A stretch of DNA of 64,000 bases from Candidatus Thermofontivivens primus (lineage in GTDB: Bacteria; Sysuimicrobiota; Sysuimicrobiia; Sysuimicrobiales; Thermofontiviventaceae), in assembly GCA_031458695.1 (NCBI GenBank), contig JAVKJW010000005.1:32001-96000 (forward strand). Reading direction: 5' to 3'. Shown one piece after another: positions 57,305 to 64,000 of the stretch. The translations under genes and the position numbers were made by a program. The notes under the pieces are model-generated. The model searched no databases, was not told the origin of the DNA, and saw nothing but the letters and a program-made list of their open reading frames with translations. Numbering within the stretch: the stretch's first letter is position 1; every line of letters starts with the position of its first letter.

Positions 57305-58294
57305 TTAGGGGATCCTCCGGTACCACATCAAGGAGAGCGCGCCTCCTGCAAGAGCAAAGAGCCCGGCGAGCCCAGCAACCAGGTGGGTGACCTCCGCTTT
57401 CTTCCGCTCCCAGCGGATGGTCCAAGGGAATTGACGGAGGGCTTCCTTTAACCTCTCTCCCTCCTGGTACGGGTAGTATCCCCCACCAGACCTCTTGGCG
57501 ATCTCTCGAAGGGTGGTGGCGTCGAAGGGAACTAGGACGAGCTGGTTGTTGTAGGGCATCACACTCCCCTCAGGGGTCCCGATTCCAACCGTGTAGATGG
57601 GCACTTTCACCCTGGCGGCAAGCTCAGCTGCCTCTACAGGGTTCGGCCCGATATTGCTCACCCCATCTGACAACAGGAGGATCGCTGCCTTGGGTAGGTC
57701 TTCGCCTGTCGGGAGGTTCAGTGCACCAGTCCTTCCCATCTCTTCTAAGAGTTGCCCGCGGTCAGGGAGAACGCGAAGGGATTGAAGGATCGCGGACCCG
57801 ATGGCCGTCCCCTCTAGCGGCTTGAGCTGCTCTAGGGCTTCCCGGACCTTCGAGCGGTCGTCTGTGGGCCGGACGAGAACTGTTCCGTAGTCGCTGAAGA
57901 AGGTGAGACCGATCTTCACCGACCTAGGGATCGTCCTCAACACCTCCTCCACGAGCCTCTTGGCCGCTCCGAGGCGGTCAGGTTGAAGGTCCTGGCCCAT
58001 CATGCTCTTGCTCGTATCGATTGCTATGACAATTGCGGAACGATTCGCAGGTAGGGGGATCGCCGCCACCGGCCTGGCTAGGCCAATGAGGAAGAGGATG
58101 GCTGCAAGAAGGTAGAACATGTCTGGGAGGTCCCGGTGTATACGGAGGGAGGATGACCATAGCTTGGGCCAGAGGTGGGTGTCGGCAAGCCGGGTGCGGA
58201 CCCTCTCTCTCCGGCGGCCGAGCAAGATGTACCCCCACAACAGAAGAGGGATACTCCCAAGGCTCCAGAGCATTCGAGGCCAAGTGAACTCCAT
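57305..58294 (-). CDS. VWA-domain membrane protein (BatA-like paralog)
   Basis: DTSKSM, GTAIG and LLSDG motifs. Confidence 0.88.
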   Translation of the reverse strand: MEFTWPRMLWSLGSIPLLLWGYILLGRRRERVRTRLADTHLWPKLWSSSLRIHRDLPDMFYLLAAILFLIGLARPVAAIPLPANRSAIVIAIDTSKSMMGQDLQPDRLGAAKRLVEEVLRTIPRSVKIGLTFFSDYGTVLVRPTDDRSKVREALEQLKPLEGTAIGSAILQSLRVLPDRGQLLEEMGRTGALNLPTGEDLPKAAILLLSDGVSNIGPNPVEAAELAARVKVPIYTVGIGTPEGSVMPYNNQLVLVPFDATTLREIAKRSGGGYYPYQEGERLKEALRQFPWTIRWERKKAEVTHLVAGLAGLFALAGGALSLMWYRRIP

Positions 58295-58316
58295 GTGAAA
58301 AACCCTCCCGGTGGAT

Positions 58317-59240
58317 TCAGCCGGCCCTCAAGCGGCTTGCAGGCACTGGCCTGCGTCCCTTCCGGTAATTGATGAAATGGATCAGCGGGTGCAAGAGAGA
58401 CTCCGAAGTGACCAATTGCAGGACGTCCACCCCGGATCTGCGGAAGACGTCTGAGATGGCAGTTTCCTGGGCGGCAACGGCATTCCGGTAGGCCTCCCGC
58501 ACCGCAGGATCGCTAGTATCCACCCACACCATGGCCCCCGTCTCCGGATCCTTCAAAGTCAACCCGCCCACATCTGGAAGCTCCCGTTCCACAGGGTCGA
58601 TGATCCACACGGCGATCACATCATGGCGCCGGGAGAGTTCCAGGAGGGCGCTCCCCCAGTCGCCCGAGTCGAGGAAATCCGAAACGAGGAAGAGGAGGGC
58701 ACGGCGGCGGAATAGACGAGCAGCTTCCCGCAGGAAGTCCCCTAACTGTCTACTTCTCTCCCTCTCCTGCCCCTTCTCGGGGAGAGCAGGACGGGCCGGT
58801 TGGCCCAGGATATCAAGGATGCGCAGCACATGCCGTCGCCCGGTCCGCGGCGGGAGGAGCCGTCGATCTGGAAAGGTCAGCAATCCCACTTTGTCCCCAT
58901 GCCGGGTCATGAGGTAAGCAGCAACACCCGCGAACTCTGTAGCCAGGTCCGCCTTGAACCGGCGGCGCGTACCGAACTCCATGGAGGGAGACCGGTCCAC
59001 CAGGAGCCACCCAGTGATCTCACGTTCCTCCCGGTACTGACGGACGAACAAACGGTCCATCCTCGCAGTGACATTCCAGTCGATGCGACGGACTTCATCG
59101 CCAGGCTGGTACTCCCTGACCTCCGCGAGATCGAGGCTGGGGCCGTAAAAGAGGCCAGTGTACTCCCCGAAAAAGAAGCCATCCAGGCGTCGGATGACCT
59201 TAAACTCGAGGCGCCTCAGCACCTGCTCTGGTGTCTCCAT
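58317..59240 (-). CDS. DUF58-domain protein
   Basis: VREYQPGDEVRRIDWNVTAR, DRSPSM and SDF motifs. Confidence 0.9.
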   Translation of the reverse strand: METPEQVLRRLEFKVIRRLDGFFFGEYTGLFYGPSLDLAEVREYQPGDEVRRIDWNVTARMDRLFVRQYREEREITGWLLVDRSPSMEFGTRRRFKADLATEFAGVAAYLMTRHGDKVGLLTFPDRRLLPPRTGRRHVLRILDILGQPARPALPEKGQERERSRQLGDFLREAARLFRRRALLFLVSDFLDSGDWGSALLELSRRHDVIAVWIIDPVERELPDVGGLTLKDPETGAMVWVDTSDPAVREAYRNAVAAQETAISDVFRRSGVDVLQLVTSESLLHPLIHFINYRKGRRPVPASRLRAG

Positions 59241-60285
59241 AAGGATCCCCTAGGTGAACCTTTGGCATCGGGACGGCGGAAAGTACCTGCTCTACAAGGT
59301 GATCGGGAGAAACTTCCTCGGCAAGAGCCTCGTAGGAGAGAACCAACCTGTGGCGGAGGACCTCCGGGGCGAGATCCCTCACATCCTCGGGGAGCACATA
59401 CTCTCTTCCCCGGATGAGCGCCAGTGCCTTGGCCCCCAGGATAAGGTTCACAGACGCCCGTGGGCTAGCCCCGTAGCTCATGTACTTCCGGATGCTATCG
59501 AGCCCATACTGGTGGGGATAGCGCGTGGCGTTGGCGAGGGTGACAGCGTACTCGATGACCCGTGGGTCCACGTATACCGCATCGGCGACCTTCTGCAGGT
59601 GCAGGAGGTCTTGGGCTCGAATCACCGGCTGGACTTCGGGCATCTCCAACGTGACACGCTCTACCACTGAGACCTCCTCATGGAAGCTCGGGTAGGTGAT
59701 CACCACCTTGAACATGAACCGATCCACCTGTGCCTCGGGGAGAGGATAGGTCCCCTCACTTTCAATGGGATTCTGGGTTGCCAAGACGAGGAAAGGGTCG
59801 GGGAGCCTGAATGTTTGCTTGCCGATGGTCACCTGGCGCTCCTGCATTGCCTCGAGAAGCGCCGACTGAACCTTGGCCGGTGCACGGTTGATCTCGTCGG
59901 CGAGGATAAGGTTCGCAAAGATGGGACCGAGCTCTGTCTCAAAGGTTCCGGCTCTCTGGTTGAAGACCCGCGTGCCTATGAGATCTGCGGGAACAAGGTC
60001 GGGCGTGAACTGGATCCGTTTGAACTCACAGTCGATAACCCTGGCGGTGGTCTTGATGGCCAGCGTCTTGGCCAGTCCTGGGACGCCCTCGATGAGAATG
60101 TGTCCCCGTGCGAGGAGCGCTACGAGGATGCGCTCCAGCATCAGATCCTGTCCTACAATCACCTTTTTGATCTCATAGAGGACCTGACGCATGGTAGCGG
60201 AGCTCTGGATGTACACATCGAGAGGATAAGTAGGTTTCGCTGGGCTTACAAGCGGGGACTCCATCTGGGCAGGCTCAAGGTCCAT
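59200..60285 (-). CDS. moxR: MoxR family AAA+ ATPase
   Basis: EGVPGLAKT, RIQFTPDL, DEINRA and NPIESEGTYPLPEAQ motifs. Confidence 0.93.
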   Translation of the reverse strand: MDLEPAQMESPLVSPAKPTYPLDVYIQSSATMRQVLYEIKKVIVGQDLMLERILVALLARGHILIEGVPGLAKTLAIKTTARVIDCEFKRIQFTPDLVPADLIGTRVFNQRAGTFETELGPIFANLILADEINRAPAKVQSALLEAMQERQVTIGKQTFRLPDPFLVLATQNPIESEGTYPLPEAQVDRFMFKVVITYPSFHEEVSVVERVTLEMPEVQPVIRAQDLLHLQKVADAVYVDPRVIEYAVTLANATRYPHQYGLDSIRKYMSYGASPRASVNLILGAKALALIRGREYVLPEDVRDLAPEVLRHRLVLSYEALAEEVSPDHLVEQVLSAVPMPKVHLGDPYGDTRAGAEAPRV

Positions 60286-60620
60286 GGTCCTCCCTCCTTG
60301 TTTACTGACATGCTAGCATCCTCCCATTCTCACCGTCAAGGTAAGGAAAATTGTCCACTTGACGGTAGGAGATCCTCATCCTAAAATCGAGCAAGGAAAT
60401 GGCCTCAGCAAAAATTTGCTGGGGATCCAGATCTCGAAGGGGGACCGGCAAAAGTCAAAAAGCCTTTTGTCGGGGCAATGAGAACCATGGCCGAGGGGAG
60501 AATGCTGTACCTGTCCTCATAAGAATCCCCACACCAACATTCCTCAACACAGGATCCACCTCCTCTGCGCCACCCTCTTCCGGCGATGGTCCCTCGATAA
60601 ACCAGGAAAGAGAACTATCC

Positions 60621-61550
60621 ATGGCCCTAGCTGAGCCAATTTCTGCAGTGCTCTCCAAGGGACGTCACCTGTTCGAGCGGGAACGGGTCCTTGGGCCACT
60701 CTTAATCGCCCCTGCTTTCCTCTATATTGTCCTCCTAGTGGGCTTCCCGTTCATATTCGCCATCTACCTCAGCATGACCGATGCCACCACAGGGAACCCG
60801 TATGCCTCTTTCATTGGGCTACAGAACTTCATCGAGGTTGTGCAGAGCCCTGTCTTTCGCAGGGCGTTGAAGAACACCTTCGTGTTCACGATTTCCTCCC
60901 AGGTGCTCGTTATTGTACTCGCCAAGATCTTGGCCCTCGCTCTCAGTAAGAACTTCCGGGGAAAGGGGATCGTTCTCTTCCTTATCCTGCTCCCCTGGGT
61001 AGCTCCCATCTCCCTAGCGACCATTGGCTGGTTATGGATCTTCCACGCCCGCTTCAGTATCATCGACTGGATCCTCCGCGCCGCCGGTCTCCTCCCTCCC
61101 AACGCCAACATGTTCTGGCTTGGGAGGCCGGATCTCGCCATGATCGCTGTGATCACTGTGCATGTCTGGAGGATGCTGCCCTTCTCCACGGTGATTCTGC
61201 TCGCAGGGCTTACCTCGATTCCAAGGGATATTCTGGATCAAGCGGAGGTTGACGGGGCGGGGTTCTGGCGCAGGCTTTTCCAGATTACCATCCCCCTCCT
61301 CCTCCCCGTCATCAGCGTGGCGATCCTCTTCGGAACAATCTTCACCTTTACGGATATGGCTGTGGTCTACGTCCTGACCCGCGGCGGTCCCTTTGACACG
61401 ACTCAAGTCCTGTCGAGTCTGGCCTTCTTCAAGGGGATCGTGGGAGGGAATCTCGGGGTGGGAGCAGCCATCTCCCTCTTTCTGTTTCCGGTGCTGCTCT
61501 TCGTAGCGGTCTTGATCTTGCGGCTCGCCCGCCGGGTGGAGGTAGTCTAA
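60621..61550 (+). CDS. Carbohydrate ABC transporter permease
   Basis: TM helices; EAA-like loop QAEVDGAGFW. Confidence 0.9.
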   Translation: MALAEPISAVLSKGRHLFERERVLGPLLIAPAFLYIVLLVGFPFIFAIYLSMTDATTGNPYASFIGLQNFIEVVQSPVFRRALKNTFVFTISSQVLVIVLAKILALALSKNFRGKGIVLFLILLPWVAPISLATIGWLWIFHARFSIIDWILRAAGLLPPNANMFWLGRPDLAMIAVITVHVWRMLPFSTVILLAGLTSIPRDILDQAEVDGAGFWRRLFQITIPLLLPVISVAILFGTIFTFTDMAVVYVLTRGGPFDTTQVLSSLAFFKGIVGGNLGVGAAISLFLFPVLLFVAVLILRLARRVEVV

Positions 61551-62413
61551 TGGACCAAGTGCTGCTTCCCCGCAGCCTAAAGCGATTTGGTTTCCAGAGC
61601 GGTCACTTCCTTGTGCTGGGAGCGTTCGTCGTCTTTACTGCCCTCCCTTTCGCCTGGATGCTCATCACTGCGTTCAAACAGAACACCGACCTCTATAACC
61701 CCATGAACAATCCCTTCTGGTTCAACGAGCCACCCACTTTGGATCAGTGGCGCTACGTGTTCACAAAGACGATGTATGCTAGGTGGCTTCTGAACACGGC
61801 CTTCGTCGGGGTCATGGTCGTGGGGATCACTCTGCTCCTGGCGATCCCAGCCGGGTATAGCCTGGCGCGCTTCCTGGGACGCTGGGGGGAGCAGCTAGGG
61901 ATTGGGATCTTCCTCGTCTACCTCATCCCTCCAACCTTGCTGTTCATCCCGATGGCGCGGGTGGTAACAGCACTTGGCCTGCAAAACACCCTCTGGTCGC
62001 TCGTGGTCACCTATCCTACGATCACGATTCCCTTCTCCACCTGGCTGTTGATGGGGTTCTTCAAGTCCATCCCCCGGGACCTTGAGGAGGCTGCCCTCGT
62101 CGATGGCTATAGCCGGCTTGGGGCATTCCTGAAAATCGTCCTCCCCCTCGCTGTCCCAGGGATCATCACAGTGGTCATCTTCAGCTTTACCCTTTCTGCC
62201 CAGGAGTTCGTTTATGCCCTGACCTTCGTGACCGCTACGGCACAGAAGACCGTGAGCATTGGAGTTCCCTCCGATATGGTCCGTGGAGACATCTTCGATT
62301 GGGGGCCGCTGATGGGGTCCGCATTCCTCGCAAGTGTCCCTGTAGCCATCCTCTACTACTTTGTCCTGGACCGATTCGTCTCAGGGTTCACCGCCGCTGG
62401 GGCGATTCGATAG
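61550..62413 (+). CDS. Carbohydrate ABC transporter permease
   Basis: LEEAALVDG EAA motif. Confidence 0.92.
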   Translation: MDQVLLPRSLKRFGFQSGHFLVLGAFVVFTALPFAWMLITAFKQNTDLYNPMNNPFWFNEPPTLDQWRYVFTKTMYARWLLNTAFVGVMVVGITLLLAIPAGYSLARFLGRWGEQLGIGIFLVYLIPPTLLFIPMARVVTALGLQNTLWSLVVTYPTITIPFSTWLLMGFFKSIPRDLEEAALVDGYSRLGAFLKIVLPLAVPGIITVVIFSFTLSAQEFVYALTFVTATAQKTVSIGVPSDMVRGDIFDWGPLMGSAFLASVPVAILYYFVLDRFVSGFTAAGAIR

Positions 62414-62530
62414 GGAACGCATGCGGAACTTGTTGGACAAGATCTCGCCCGGGGGATACGACAAAGAGCAAAAGGCGTCTTGAGGAGGTATGCGAGCAGA
62501 AGAAAGGCACGATAAAAGGGGGTGGATGTC

Positions 62531-64000
62531 ATGAAAGAGAAAGAAGAGGTCCGATGGGTGCAAGTTTCGGAGGGGAAATGGCGGCGCCTCACCAGGAGGG
62601 AGTTCCTCAAGGTCGTTGGGGTTGGCGCTGCTGCGGCAGGCTTCGGTCCTTTCATGTTTACAGAGAAGACCGCGGCCCAGCCAGTGAGGCTCAGGGTCCT
62701 CCTGTGGCGGCACTTCGTTCCACCATACGACGAGTGGTTTGACAAGGTCTTTGCTCCACGCTGGGGCGCCAAGAACGGGGTTCAAGTTGTGGTGGAACAC
62801 GTGGGACTAGCGGATCTTCCGGCCATTGCGGCTGCCGAAGCCTCCCGCGTCGCTCGCGGTGCCGATCCCGGCCACGACCTCATCCAGCTACTGAGCCCTC
62901 CTGCAGCCCTGGAGCCTCAGGTTGACACCGACGCCCATCGCGAGGTGATCGAGGAGCTCGTGAACAACAAGAAAGTAGGACCCTATATCCCCCTAGCCCG
63001 GGCGAGTACCTATAACCCCGTCACCAAGAAGTACTTCGGGGTCTCTGATAACTTCGTCCCGGATCCAATTCACTACCGTGCGGACCTGTGGAGGCGCGCG
63101 GCGTTTAGGGTCACCGGTCCCGAACGGGTGCCTTCCAAAGGTCCAGTGACCTGGGAACACGTCCGTTTGGCGGGAAGAGAGCTCAAGAAATTGGGGAATC
63201 CCGTGGGCCTTGGTCTCTCCCAGGAGATTGATACCAACATGTTCCTCCGTGCGCTGATGTACTCCTGGGGAACCTCGGAACAGGACGAGGGGAGCAACGT
63301 GATCATCGATGTGCCCCCCTATAGGCAGCGGACCATCGACGCCCTGAAGTTCGTCAAGGCCCTGTACGAGGAGGCCATGTTCCCGGGTGTCTTCGCCTGG
63401 ACAGCCGCCTCCAACAACGAGGAGTTCCTCGCAGGGAGAATCTCCATCGCGATGAATGCCATCTCCATCACGCGAACGGCACAGGCGCTCGCGGCGGAGG
63501 CGCTGAAGCGCGGAGAGGACCCTGACCGTTCCCCCGCGGTGCAACTCGCCAGGAATACCGAGATCACCGAGCGCGCACCGGCTGGGCCTTCAGGCGCCCG
63601 GGGTCTGGAGCATGTCATGGGGGTCTACATTATCTGGAAGAGCGGGAACCGCCGCGTCATCGATGCGGCTAAGCAGTTCCTCGTTGACCTGATCCTGAGC
63701 TATGACCCGGATGTCGCCACGCGAGCTGGTTGGGGCCCTGGGAAGTTCCATGCCAGCCAGGCCTACGACTATCCGACGTTCCAGAACGCCATCTCCAAGG
63801 CCAAGCGCTTGGCCTACCTCACCAACGATCCTGTCTCCAAAGCAGCCGGCGATCGCCCCGACAAGCTCGCCACTATCGAGACAGCCTACGAGTGGGCCTA
63901 TAATGTGGGATGGCCCGGGCCCTCCAACGCTGCCATTGACGAAGTGTTCAACACCTTCATCATCCCCGTGATGTTCGCACGGGTTGCCCAAGGGATCGAT
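62531..64000 (+). CDS. ABC transporter substrate-binding protein with a Tat signal (runs off the window end)
   Basis: Hand translation from ATG 62531: ...RRLTRREFLKVVGVGAAAAG...LLWRHFVPPYDEWFD. Absent from the ORF track, consistent with no stop before the window end. Confidence 0.85.
   Translation, partial: MKEKEEVRWVQVSEGKWRRLTRREFLKVVGVGAAAAGFGPFMFTEKTAAQPVRLRVLLWRHFVPPYDEWFDKVFAPRWGAKNGVQVVVEHVGLADLPAIAAAEASRVARGADPGHDLIQLLSPPAALEPQVDTDAHREVIEELVNNKKVGPYIPLARASTYNPVTKKYFGVSDNFVPDPIHYRADLWRRAAFRVTGPERVPSKGPVTWEHVRLAGRELKKLGNPVGLGLSQEIDTNMFLRALMYSWGTSEQDEGSNVIIDVPPYRQRTIDALKFVKALYEEAMFPGVFAWTAASNNEEFLAGRISIAMNAISITRTAQALAAEALKRGEDPDRSPAVQLARNTEITERAPAGPSGARGLEHVMGVYIIWKSGNRRVIDAAKQFLVDLILSYDPDVATRAGWGPGKFHASQAYDYPTFQNAISKAKRLAYLTNDPVSKAAGDRPDKLATIETAYEWAYNVGWPGPSNAAIDEVFNTFIIPVMFARVAQGID

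Overview
GC-rich bacterial chromosomal window that is mostly core genome; the gene content and style suggest a Terrabacteria-type lineage such as Armatimonadota/CSP1-3 (inference only). From left to right it holds: pseudouridine catabolism (kinase, psuG); rodZ-cinA-thpR-recA-recX; a DNA-repair block (UvrD-type helicase fused to an Fe-S PD-(D/E)XK nuclease, stand-alone WYL protein, Mre11/SbcD-like nuclease, Rad50/YhaN-like ATPase with a transmembrane hairpin); rny-ymdB-PHP; selA, selB and tRNA-Sec; a TPP enzyme; miaB-mutS-mutL-miaA-aminotransferase-hflX; lexA and DUF72; a 63-bp tandem-repeat protein; a hem operon headed by an Xis/MerR-type HTH regulator; two redoxins; tRNA-Arg(TCT); an enolase-family enzyme; a B12 radical SAM + radical SAM + membrane lipid-kinase-like cluster; M20 peptidase, GNAT, proline dehydrogenase and S41 protease; a MoxR-DUF58-VWA-VWA operon; and a sugar ABC transporter. 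Most interesting: (1) a candidate membrane-spanning-lipid synthesis and methylation operon; (2) a possibly SOS-linked, membrane-anchored Mre11/Rad50-type repair module with a WYL protein; (3) a hem-operon regulator with a 10-bp-phased direct-repeat array upstream; (4) a multi-stem RNA leader and a probable ATC start codon for rny; (5) a dispersed palindromic repeat family that also lies inside coding sequences. All family assignments come from motif recognition by eye; no searches were run.
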